From: Okamejei kenojei
Lineage: Eukaryota
Reading direction: 5' to 3'
Assembly: GCA_035221665.1 (NCBI GenBank)
Contig: CM069155.1
Coordinates: 29,574,001 to 29,638,000, forward strand
Length of the DNA stretch: 64,000 bases
The translations under genes were made by a program, and so were the position numbers. The notes beneath the pieces were generated by a model. It was given only the letters and a program-made list of their open reading frames with translations, did not search any database and had not been told where the DNA came from. Each line of letters starts with the position of its first letter. Position 1 is the first letter of the stretch. Of this stretch, positions 52,201 to 64,000 are shown piece after piece.

Positions 52201-53081
52201 TACTTTATATCGCCCTCACCGCTTTAAACTCAACGGTACACATTTCAATTCCTACTCCGTTTTCCCTCTCACCTTGCTTTCTCTTTCTCTCTGTCCCCCA
52301 CTCTATGTCTCATTTTCTTTCTCGCCCTCATTTACATCCTTTCTCTGTTTCTCTCCACCATTCTTTGCAATTCTCTGTTTGTTGGTTTTACGCACCGTGA
52401 AAGAGAGAATTCCCGGATGCACAGCCAAAGGCCATTTGGGCAACAATGTTCTAAAAATTGTGCATTATTCACATGGTGGAGCCAAACAAAAATAGCAGAG
52501 GGAAGGGGGGGGTGGTGTGGCGTGTCCCCCCTGCCCCCCTCCGCCGCCCCGGGATTTCTGCCCCTGCTGAAGAAGGCTTCCGATCTGTAACGTCACCTAT
52601 TATTTGTCTATCCAGCATTTTGTATCATTTTGTACTGTCTTTAGCCAAATTCTTCCCTATCCATGTATTTATTTTTGGGATTAATGTATTGTTGGTCAGA
52701 CAATGCATCGATCGCCCATCCCTATCTGCCATTGAGAAGCTGATGATAAACTACCTTGATGCTGTCTGACCTGCTGAGCTACTTCGGGTTTTTGTGTCTA
52801 TCTTCAGCAACTATAATCTTGCAATGCCATTCATGTTATAAATACAAAGGTTAGATCAAGGAAGATTGAACGATTATATGGTTCCAAGCCTTGATGTGCT
52901 TGGAAGTTATATTTCACACAACTACATTATTATGCAGAACATTAACACAAAATGCTGAAGTAAATCAACGGGCAGGCCGAATCTCTGGAGACACAGGATA
53001 GGTGGCAGCTTCTGCACCAAGCGCCCAATGCAAACCAGCACTTGCAGTTCCTGGACTCTGCAGAAATACTTGGATATGTTA

Positions 53082-53245
53082 ATCAAGTCAAGTCAAGTCA
53101 AGTCAAGTCAAGTCAAGTCACATTTATTTATATAGCACATTTAAAAAACAACTCTCGTTGATAAGAGTAGCATACACAAGCAGGCTACATACATATATAC
53201 AAATAGCCCTCGCTCAGAAGACGTCAGGAAAGGCTTGGGAGAACA
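53082..53245 (-). mobile_element. Short LINE 3'-end insertion with (AAGTC)n tail
   Basis: GATATGTTA TSD at 53073-81 and 53246-54; absent at the paralogous site near 38650. Confidence 0.7.
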
Positions 53246-53829
53246 GATATGTTAGGGGAGTGAGCTGAGTAGTGGGAGATGGAATACCACACAGCGAAGT
53301 GTGGAGTCATGCCTTTGGGTAGCAGGAATAAATGCATAGTCTATTTTCTAAATGGGGAAATAATTCACAAATCGGAGATGCAAAGGGACTCAGGAGTGCT
53401 GTTGCATGGTTACCAATAAGTTAATTTCCAAGTCGAATTGGTAGGAAGGAATGTGAATGCAATTCTAGGATTTATTTTGAGAGGGCTAGAGTACAAATCA
53501 TGGATGTGATGCTGAGGCTTTATAAGGAACTACTCAGACTGGATGTGGATTATTAATTGGGTTAATATGTGATGAGCGCTTGAAGGCACAAGGTTTGTCG
53601 CTGTAGGAGTTTAGAAGGATGAATGGGCACCTCATTGAAACTTATCGATAGTGAAAGGCTTGTATGGAGTAAACGTGGAGAGCATGTTTCCACTGGTGGG
53701 AGAGTCTGCGCCCAGTGGCCATAGACCCAGCATTAAAGGATGTATCTTTAGAAAGATGAGGAGGATTATTTTTAGTCAGAGGCAGGTGAATCTTTGGAAT
53801 CGATTGCCATACATGGCCGTGGATATTTT

Positions 53830-55195
53830 TACATAGAAACATAGAAAATAGGTGCAGGAGAAGGCCATTCGGCCTTTTGAGCCAGCACCGCCATTCAATA
53901 TGATCATCCATAATCAGTACCACCTCCAGTTTAAATTCCAGCTGGAATATTTTGGAGGACCAAGTAACCAAGAACCAAGAAGTACACCGTTCCTGCATTT
54001 CCCCCATATCACTTGATTCCATTAGCCCTGAGAGCCATAGTTAGATATGACTCTTGGAAACATCTAATGCATTGGCCTCCACTGCCTTCTGTGGCAGAGA
54101 ATTCCACAGATTCACAACTCTCTGGGTGAAAACGGTTTTCCTCATCTCAGTCCTAAATGGCCCCGTATTCGTAATCTGTGACCCCTGGTTCTGGACACCC
54201 CCAACATCGGGAACATTTTCTACGTCCAGCCGGTCCAATCCCTTAAGAGTTGTATATATTTCTATAAGATTCCCTCTCATCCTTCTAAATTTTTGTGAAT
54301 AGAAGCCCAGTCGTCCTATTCTTTCATCATATGTCAGTCCCGCTATCCCAGGAATAAACCTGGTGAACCTGCGCTGCACTCCCTCAATAGCAAGAATGTC
54401 CTTCCTCAAATTAGGAGACCAAAACTGCACGCAATACTCCAGGTGTGGTCTCATCAGGGCACTGTAGGACCTCCTTGCCCCGATACTCAAATGCTCTCGC
54501 TATGAAGGTCAGCATGCCATCTCCTTTCTACACTGTCTGCTGTACATGTATGCTTACACTTTTGCACCTCACCTTTTCCTAATCTGACACAATCAGATAA
54601 TAATATGCCTTCTTGTTCTTGCCACCAAAGTAGATTACCTCACATCTAACCACATTATACTGCATCTGGCATACATTTGCCCATTCACCCAACCTATCCA
54701 AGTCAGCCTACTGCCCCATACCATCCTCCTCGCAGCTCCCACTGCCACCCAGCTTTGTGTCATCCGGAAACTTGAAGATATTACTTTTAATTCCCTCATC
54801 TAGATCGGTAATATATATTGTAAATAACTGGGGTTCCATCACTGAGCATTGCGGCACCCCACTAGTCGCTGCCTGCCATTCTGAAAAGGACCCATGAATT
54901 CATTCTCTTTGCTTCCTGTCTGCCAACCAATTCCATATCCATGTCAACAGCATACCCCCAATACCATGTGTTCTAATTTTGCACACTAATCTCTTGTGTG
55001 GGACCTTGTCAAAGGCTTTTTGAAAGTCCAGATGTACCACAACAACAGGCTCTCCCTTTTTAATTCTACGTGTTACATCCTCAAAATTTTCAAGAAGATG
55101 AGTCAAACATGATTTCCCCTTCATAAATCCACGCTGACTTTGACCGATCCCTTCACTGCTTTCCAAATGCTCTGCAATTGCATCATTAATAATTG
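53830..55195 (-). mobile_element. CR1 LINE RT-to-3'UTR fragment on the minus strand
   Basis: ORFs 54041-54490 and 54900-55166 carry CR1 RT motifs; tail at 53830-53850. Confidence 0.88.
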
Positions 55196-56212
55196 AATAA
55201 TTTTAACGTGGCGATTGACAGGTTATTGATTGGTACGGGTGACAGGGGGTACGGAGATAAGACATGAGAATGGGGTTGAGAGATTAAGATAGATCGGCCA
55301 TGATTGAATGGTGGAGTAGCCTTGATGGGTCGAATGGCCTAATTCTGTTCCTATCACCTGTGAATTTATGAACATGAATTATGCGTCTTTAGTTCCTGTA
55401 TGCCTTGGTGACAATGATGATGAGGTTATACATGAGGGAACTGATTAGAATGCATTCTGTAGATGCCACAACCTGCGGGCTTGTTGCACTTGTGGCAAAG
55501 AGAGACAAAGTTTGCGATTATTCCATTCAAATAAAAACTTAATCCTGTCAAATGTCGCACTTCTTGAATGTTGTCGGAGCTGGTCATCACGACATATGGC
55601 GAGGATATCATCACAGCATATTACTGTTTTTTAAGCAATATCAGAGAAGTCTTGAGATTTTGGTATTGAGTGGGGAACTGGAATGTGATGAAATGGAGAT
55701 AGATTCTTTTGGTTCCAACACGAAAATACGAGAAAATATTCATATGCTCTTCTGCTCGTTAAGCCTGAACTGATAGGCGGTGATTAATAATAAGAAGTCA
55801 CATGAATTTCTGCCCTTCCAGATTCCTGTTTGCGATGGCTGGTCTGGGGAACTGGAAAGTCCTGGCACCTTTCGGGATCATGATCTAATCCGAAGTCTTT
55901 CTCTCTCTCATGAAGATGAGTTCCGTGAGGTGCATCGAAATATTTATTATACAATCAATAAATCTGATCTCAAAACGAAAGTAAACTCTGTTTTAAAACT
56001 AGTTGTTCTTCTTCGTACTCAAGTAACGGCGAGCTATATTAACTCAAGGGCCGAACTAGTCTCGGCTGTCCATAAAAATGAAATTGAGTTATCCCAATAG
56101 ACATCTGTAAATGCAGTGAGGTAAACACTGTTTTATTAGTACACCATGTCCACATTCTTGACTGTTAAACATTAAACAATCCTTCATCAATGCACTCTGC
56201 TCGATCTTTGAC

Positions 56213-56945
56213 ATGGTATTGATGTGGATAGAGAATTGGTTGGGAGACAGGAAACAAAGAGTAGGAATAAACGGGTCTCTGTCAGAATGCCTGGCAGTGG
56301 CAAGCGGAGTGCCTCAAGGCTCGGTGCTGGGGCCACAACTATTTACAATATATATGAATGATTTAGTTGATGGGATTAAAAGTACCACTAGCAAATTTGC
56401 AGATGACGCAAAGTTGGGTGGCAGTGTGAACCGTGAATGGATGCAAGGAGTTTGCATGATGATTTGGACAGGTTGAGTGGGTGGGCAGAGGCATGACAGA
56501 AGCAGTACAATGTAGATAAATGTGAGTTTATCCACTTTGGTGGCAAGATCAAGGAGGAATATTATTATCTCAATGGTGTCAGATTAGGAAAAAAGGAAAG
56601 TGCAGCGAGATCTGGGAGTCCTTGTACATCAGTCACTGAAAGAAAACATGCAGGTACAGCAGGCAGTGAAGAAAGCTAATGGCATGTTGGCCTTCATAAT
56701 GAGAGGATTTGAGTGTGGGAGCAAAGAGTACCTTATGCAGTTGTACTGGGCCCTGATGAGACCACATCTGGAATATTATGTGCAGTTTTGGTCTCCTAAA
56801 ATGAGGAAGGACATCCTTGCTATTGAGGCAGTGCAGCATAGGTTTAAGAGGTTAATCCCTGGGATGGCGGGCCTGTCACATGAGGAAAGAATGGAAAGAC
56901 TGGACTTGTATTCACTGGTATTTACAAGGATGAGAGGGGATCTTT
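56213..56945 (+). mobile_element. CR1 RT fragment
   Basis: [30 protein letters not shown]. Confidence 0.88.
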
Positions 56946-57480
56946 TCAGCGATACATCACTCCCTGAAGATCTCAATGCGTTTTATGCACGTTTTGATAG
57001 GGAGAACACCGATGCGCCTTCCAGAGCACCCATTCGCTGTGATGATATTTTAGTCTCAGTCACAGATGCCGACGTCAGGAAATCCTTCAGAGGAGTGAAC
57101 CCTCGAAAAGCGCCTGGACCTGATGGTATACATGGGCGCGTTCTAAAAACCTGTGCGGACCAATTGGCTGGAGTTTTTACGGACATTTTCAACCTGTCAC
57201 TTCTGAGGTCTGAGGTTCCTACCTGCTTCAAAAGAGCATCAATAATACCGGTGCCCAAGAAGAGCAAGGTGACGTGCCTCAATGACTATCGATCAGTAGC
57301 ACTAACGCCTGTGGTGATGAAGTGATTTGAGAGGTTGATCATGGCGCAAATCAACTCCTACCTCGACAAAAACCTGGACCCACTGCAGTTTGTTTACCGC
57401 CACAACAGACCAACGGTGAATGCGATCTCGCTGTGCCCTCCACTCCGCTATGGACCACTTGGACAACAAAAACTCATATG
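56946..57480 (+). mobile_element. Rex1/Babar-type LINE internal RT fragment at the deletion junction of cluster 4
   Basis: LNAFYARFD, KAPGPDGI.GRVLKTCADQLAGVFTDIFNLSL, PVPKK..CLNDYR.VALT, LDPLQF. Confidence 0.88.
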
Positions 57481-59009
57481 TATTGCTTGATTTAACATCG
57501 TGAGTTCACATTATACTTGATTGGGCCAGCTGTATTTCAGTGCAGATAGTGCGGTCTTGCTATACAGATGTTCCGATGTCACTTGGACATAACTCAGTGA
57601 AATGACTGCAAAAGCGAGCTAATGTTTTGTCTTGAGCTTTTACACACGAACAATCAATCAATTTCTCGAGAAAAGTATTCTGTGCCAGGGAACCACGGGA
57701 CTGTAGAGACTTTGAGCGAATTAACTCGCTTAGGACAGTAGCTATTTGGATCCCGTTTTAGGCATTGATGTCTGGTTGCACGGTGCGGAGATGCGAAGGA
57801 ATTATGTGTTCCATGTTGTTTCGTTTAATATTGAAGCAAGTGTTTCACTCTGTATCCCATTATACTTCAGTTGCATTACGAAACGAATGTACATAATTGT
57901 TTTCGCTGATCAGAGCCACATTGCGCCTTCAAAACATTTCGAGAGAACCATGACCCGAGTAAGACGAACCCTTAAAGCATCAATATTAGATTAGAAATCC
58001 CGCAGCTTCAATTTCAAACAATACTTGTTTTACAGTTCACAGAATTACTTAGGGCCGCACTTCATGAATGTAATGTACTCGAAAATGTGAAGCAAATCTT
58101 CCATTTTCCATTTGCTTCCCGTCCAATAATGATCGTGTACTTCCTAATGCGAATGGTGTCATTTCTCTCGGAATTTGTAGTCGTCAATTAGATGAGGGTT
58201 GATGTAGAACTGAAGTTGAATGGAATAGGGTTCGTTCAATAAATTGCGGAAACATTTGCAGTGATTGTCCAGATATGAAAGGAAATTGCTTGGGTGACGG
58301 GGAGTCAGCAACGTTAATATTCAACACTGTCAAAATTCCGGTTGACGGGTTTAACAAGGATATCAAAATGAGAAATGGGAAAGAAGAAACTTTAGCACTT
58401 TTCCTTCAGAAATGTTGTTTAATACGTAGAGCAGCCTTTTGTGGACGCACCAGTACATTTCAAATAAAAATGCATATTCGGACTACAATGTCATCCTTGC
58501 TTCTGAACGACATCTGCGAATCTGTGACCGTGGCTTTCGAAGACTAGTTTCCATATATTTTTGCCGAACTTAAATAGCGTCACCCTCCATCTCAAAGGGT
58601 GTCGACAATTAAATAAATTGAAATCTGTTATTATAAATTTCCCGACCGCGAATAGTTTATATCTGCTGATATATTTAAATAAATGTAAAGCCGGAGCTGT
58701 GTGGTAAAATGAACATTACAAAAGTTATAATAATGTATTCAGTTTTATAAACTAGAGCAGCCATGATCTATCACATATGGTTTCCCGGAGTTTATGCATA
58801 TGGCAGACAGGATCTATTCTGGTTGCTTTCACGTACTTTATTGTTTACCGCATTAAAAAAAAAACACGCGATAATGATTTGAAATAGGTCGTGAATAAAA
58901 CGGCTTATTTCTACAAATGAATAAATGTGTGCTTTAATGAGATGTATTTTCGATGATGATATCTCAACGGCAGCATTTCTCCAATTAAATGTGACTTCTT
59001 ATTAAACAG

Positions 59010-59479
59010 CTCATCGGGCACCGGTCGTGACGGTCCTCCCGCCTTCAGCCGATGAAGTTACCTCAAAGGGCACCGCCACCCTGGTGTGCTTGGTGAACGA
59101 CTTTAATCCGGGCTCGGTGGCCGTTGAGTGGACCGTCGACGGCGGTGCAAAAAGTAGCGGCGTTGAGACCAGCCCGATCCAGCAGGATAAGGACAACACG
59201 TTCAGTCTCAGCAGTTACCTGACTCTGACAGCCTCAAACTGGAACTTACACGAGCTTTACTCCTGTGTGGTTACACACGAGACTCAGTCAAGCCCGCTGA
59301 AGACAAATATCATGAGATCCAGCTGTATCGGATGTTTGAAGTGTGAGCTGACTCCCCAAAGTTATTTAATCACCATTGGGTTCTTCCATGTGACAAAGAT
59401 AGCCTTTGTCTTTCGGAATTTTCATAAAGAAACGCCATTCATAGCCGAAACCTTGATTTTTATGACTTGTTCGCTTTAA
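59010..59479 (+). pseudogene. IGL: Orphan Ig light chain C exon (cluster 4), no upstream L/VJ; stop codon TGA>GGA gives a 49-aa C-terminal extension
   Basis: Acceptor ttcttattaaacAG at 59009. ORF 59027-59479 is a complete C domain followed by GCLKCELTPQSY...MTCSL*. J-C intron homology begins at 57481, directly after a LINE fragment. AATAAA at 59511. Confidence 0.85.
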
Positions 59480-62221
59480 ATGTAGTTATTTCGAAAGAAT
59501 ATCGTTCATGAATAAAGCATCATCGAATCAATTGCGTTAACTAAAAGCGTGTATGTTGCTATTGTACCCAAGGTATTTTTTGCAGACGTGGAGTGAAGTT
59601 TTAAAACGATTGTCAAATGCATCGCTGATGCTCTTTGATTTATTTCTGACCCCAAACATGACGACTTAATACGGATTGTGCTGTCTTCTACATTTGACCA
59701 CGAAACAATGATTTTACCCCCTCAATCGCGATCTCGAATTACAATCGTAAAGCAGTAGCGAGTTTGTGCCACTCGTCAAGTTACATAATGCGTTCCAAAC
59801 CAATCGTGACAAACGTGATCTCAACTCCAAAAAGAATCCCAAATATTGGCAGAAAATGCTGTTAATATTCAGCCCGCGAGGCGACCTGAAGTGCGAATTT
59901 GATTTGACGTCTCAGGTTGTTCTTTTTGTCAAAAACGTCCCTACCAACCCCACACCTTCAGGGTTTAAAGGATTTGTTAATTATGTTTTCGTTCGCAAGG
60001 TGCACCGTTACATAGGTAAATAAAGGCAAGATATGTGCACACCTGGAAATGTACCGGAAACGACATTAATTCCCAATATATCAGCAAGATTTTGTAAAAC
60101 TGATGGTTTGTTCCCACCTCCATTTTGCACTATCCATACTCTGCACCGCACCTCCATCCTTTATCACCGAAGATATTGACATTAACCGTCGACGGGATTT
60201 GTATTTCAATTACGCTTGAGCTGTCGTTATCATGCAGCGTTCCATCACAATCACCGCTGTGGGTTGTATTTTTTTTTTTCTGAAGGAGTAAACTGCAAAG
60301 ATTAAATCTTACTAGCCTTTCCATCTGTTCCTCTAGAGTCCAACGATCCATCAATATCAGATGATCAGATATGGATTGTTCCAATGACGGCACATTCAAA
60401 GCCATCCAACAAAGAAGATTCCAATGATTTACAACCTTCTCCTCGAGGAAATTCCACTTTATTTCACCCCTACATAGCCAGGTCCAGCATTATATTAAAT
60501 CCCCTTATCCAGGGCTCTCTTGTTCATCCCTCTCACAATAAGCATTTATTTTGCAATGAGTTCTCTCTTTCTTCGAAACTCTCAGAGAATCTTCTGCAGC
60601 CCAATTGAAATGCACTGCCCGGGTTGCAGATTAAAGAGATTCGTCGTGTGTAGGAAGGAACTACATATGCCGGTTTAAACCGACGATAGACATAAATAAG
60701 TTGGTGTAATTCATTCGGGTTAGACAGCATCTCTGGAGATAAGGAATGGCTGACGTTTCGGGTCCAGACGCTTCTTCAGACCCGTCATCTACTGCTTTTC
60801 TCCAGAGATCCTGTCCCCATCTACCAGGGTACAGTGTAATTTATTTTGTTTAAAGTTCAGTACAAGTATCACTATACATAAGCACTTAAATACATCTTAG
60901 ATAAACATCTAAGATACAGTAACAGTGTACCGCGGTGGTACACTGCGACAATATATAGCGTCGCCAGATTTGACTCCATTTTCAAATCCCAGTTGTTGTT
61001 AATGCAGGGTTCTTGACCTGACCATGAAGGTCCGCTGCCCTGGGAGCGTTGCAGGTTCTTCATCGGCCATCTTCATCGTCAGCATTCCCTCCAGCATCAG
61101 TCTGCTTAACGGCCCTCCCTCCGACTCCTTCCTCTCCGGGCGGGCGAGACCGCGGCAGTTAATTACATGTTAACAAACCAATTAATCTGTCTCAATTAGT
61201 GTTCAGGCACTGTCGATGTTAACCACCGTCTATTCAAACACAACTGGCGCCTTTACATTTGCGATATTACTGTCACTTATTACCATTTTGCCCCATGGGC
61301 TTGATTTCCGATGTAAAAAACGCAATGTTCTCCCATTTCATTCCCATCTACCCAATTTTTACCCGATTAGTAAGAAGGTTGTCCCAGCATGATCCCTGTG
61401 GCGATGAGCTCATTTAAATATATGTATAGTCGTCAATACTATTGCAAAACCTATGTCGTCTATGCCACACGTTCCAGAGCATATTTGCACGTGGCGCTGT
61501 GAACACCGAGGATCAATGTGAGGCCTCGACCGCACACCCGCTCGTGAGAGGACGGTTCGGTTGCCTGATAATAGCTGGAAAGGAACTATCCCTGAATCTG
61601 GACTATGCGTTTTCAAACTTCTGTACTTCTTGCTTGATGGGAGAGGGGAGAAGAGGGAATGACCAGAGTGAGACTAGTTCTTGATTATGATGGTGGCCGA
61701 GCGCGGCAGCGTGGTGCAGATGCAATCCAAGGAAGGTTGGCTGTTTTGCGTGATGGCCTGGGCTATGTCCACAACCGTCTGCAATTTCTTGCGAGTTTCG
61801 ATGAACCTGCTCCCAAACCACGGGTGTGATACATGCCGATAAAAATGTTTTCTAGAACGCAGCTGTGGAAGTTGGCCAGGGCTGTTAGGTACACGCCAAA
61901 CCTACTGAGCCTCCTTAGGAATTAAAGGCGTTGTGCGCATCCATGGCCATTGCTGCGACATGGCTGGTCCAGGCGAGTTTGCTGGTGATGCTGACGATTC
62001 CTTAGTACCTGAAGATTTCGAAGACATTTATTTCGCCGTAATCATGTGTGTCCTTATTGGTTCCATGAAGTCAACCAGAACTCGTAGGTCTTGCTGCCAT
62101 TGAGAGATCAGGTGTTATTTAGGCACCAGGTTATGCGGTTTTCAATCTCCTTCCTGCGCTCCGTCTCCCCCTCGGATGGATAAACCTTTACAGTATAGCT
62201 TGTGTTAATTCTACTCTACCC

Positions 62222-64000
62222 GCGAGGAGCGTTAATCTCCGCACAAGCCTTTCGAAATATAGAGAATCGTGCCAAACAACTGGTATTGGAAATGGAAGTA
62301 AGGCAATTAGATATGGAAAACGCAATCGCGCCTTCTTTAATAATACATAATAAAATTGCTGCACTGAAATATAAGTTAAACCAAATATATGCAGACCAAA
62401 TCATGAAATTTTATCAAAAGACTAAAGTTACACTTTGAATTTGGTGATAAACCACAAACATTACTGGCACACCAACTCCGGAAACAGGAAGGGAAAAAAA
62501 CAATATATAAAATTAAATCAGATACGGGAGAAATATTAACACTACCCAAGGATATTAATGATAGATTATCTCACTATTATCAAACACTTTATTCAACCAA
62601 AACGGCAGGGGGTTCTGTAGGAATGGAGTTATTCTTACAGAACTGTAACCTTACTGGTTTAGACTTGAAAGAGAGGGAATTATTAGGGGCCGAAATATCA
62701 GTAAAAGATATTGAAGAATCTATTAATTTAAAAAAAATGGAAAAGCCACTGGCCCAGATGGTTTAAATAGTAATTTTATTTTAAAAAAATCATGAATTGA
62801 TCTCGCCACGCCTACAGACATTATATACTCAAGCATTCATGCAACAGAAACTCCAAGAAACTTTAAATTAATCAACAATAATACTTATACCAAAACGGAT
62901 AAGGACCTTGAAGACCCAGGTTCATACAGAGCAATTGCTCTATTAAACATCGATCAGAAAATATTAACCAAAATTTTAGCACATAGATTAAGCTTAGTGA
63001 TTCATAAATTAATACACCCCAATCAAACTGGCTTTATTCCAAAACGTTATTCATATTATAATCTGACACAATTATTCAACATTATATATTCAAATCGAAT
63101 AGCTAATGTAGACTTAGCAGTCATTTAGCTTGATGCTGAGAAAGCATTCGATCAAGTTGAATGGCCCTATTTACTTTCGGTGATGGAAAATTTCAATTAG
63201 GTGAGAAGTTTTGTACTTGGGTTAAGCTTCTATACACCAACCCAACAGCCAGAATAATGACAAATCAAATGTTATCAAAAAAATCGATTTATCTAAAGGT
63301 TGTAGACAAGGATGCCCGCTATCTCCGTTACTATTCGCCCTTGCTATAGAACCACTAGCAGAAAGAGTTCGAGCACATCCAGAAATAAATGGGTATAATA
63401 CTAAAAAGACAGTTAATACAATTTCTCTATATGCAGATGATGTATTACGATATATGACAAATCCAGAAATTAGCATCCTTAACCTGTTAAATCTTATAAC
63501 TCAATTTGGTTTATTCTCGGGATACACAATAAACTGGAATAAGAGTGAGATTATGCCAATAATGGAACCTAATTTATATATATTGCAACAATCACCATTT
63601 AAAATAGTGAATGAAAAATTAAAATACTTAGGAATCAATGTGACCAAGAAATATACTTCTTTATTTAACTCAAATTTCGTACCTTTACTTAGTAAATTGC
63701 ATATGAATATTCAATATTGGAAAACACTTCCTATTTCAATGCTCGGTAAAATCAATGCTATTAAAATGATTTTCCTTCCTCAACTTCTATACCTCTTCCA
63801 ATCAATTCCGATATATCTACCTAAAAAGTCTTTAAAAAAGTTGACTCTATTGTAACAAGTTTTATTTGGAATTATAAGAATCACAGAATAAGTAAAGAAC
63901 ACTTATGTAAATCCAAGACGAATGGAGGATTAGTCTTACCAAATTTCTTATTTTATTTCTGGGCAGTCAATGTCAAAAACTTAAATTTCTGGTTGAAAGA
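62222..64000 (+). mobile_element. L1-clade LINE ORF2 (RT), degenerate, running off the window
   Basis: A-rich; LIPK.DKD..DPGSYRAIALLNID.KILTKILA, LDAEKAFDQVEW, GCRQGCPLSPLLFALAIEPLA, LYADDVL, KYLGI. Confidence 0.92.

Larger units (their letters stand above)
52380..62221 (+). repeat. Segmental duplication unit 4 (promoter-L-VJ deleted)
   Basis: Upstream blocks are shared with unit 3; the intron/C/3' flank at 57481-62221 is shared with units 2 and 3; ends at an L1 junction. Confidence 0.75.

Noticed and set aside
56600-57325. 241-aa ORF
   Set aside because: Chance in-frame fusion of CR1 and Rex1 RT fragments.
1-64000. CRISPR arrays, rRNA/tRNA genes, prokaryotic operons
   Set aside because: None seen; the sequence is intron-containing vertebrate DNA.

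Overview
This is vertebrate genomic DNA from a cartilaginous fish, most likely a skate or ray, judged from the immunoglobulin type and the CR1/Penelope/DIRS repeat content. The window is a head-to-tail segmental-duplication array of four immunoglobulin light-chain clusters, all on the + strand. They resemble the chondrichthyan type II / lambda (NS3-like) isotype, with V and J already fused in the germline and no RSS. Cluster 3 (42965-45357) is fully intact. Cluster 2 (13938-15767) is intact except for one TGA in the leader. Cluster 1 (1692-3755) carries many small indels. Cluster 4 is an orphan C exon (59010-59479) that has lost promoter, leader and VJ and has a stop-loss extension. The spacers are dense with transposons: many CR1 LINE fragments, Rex1/Babar, L2 and L1 pieces, a Tc1 element, a Harbinger MITE, Penelope remnants, two DIRS1 retrotransposons with complete ITR/ICR architecture, and two structurally aberrant Gypsy insertions. 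The most interesting observations are: (i) a near-invariant CDR3 with diversity shifted to CDR1/CDR2; (ii) a possible splice from intact VJ3, whose poly(A) signal is weakened, to the orphan extended C4; (iii) an 813-bp Gypsy derivative bounded by two inverted U3 LTR ends with a 5-bp TSD; (iv) element-specific co-variation of DIRS termini and ICR. All family assignments come from motif recognition by eye; no searches were run.
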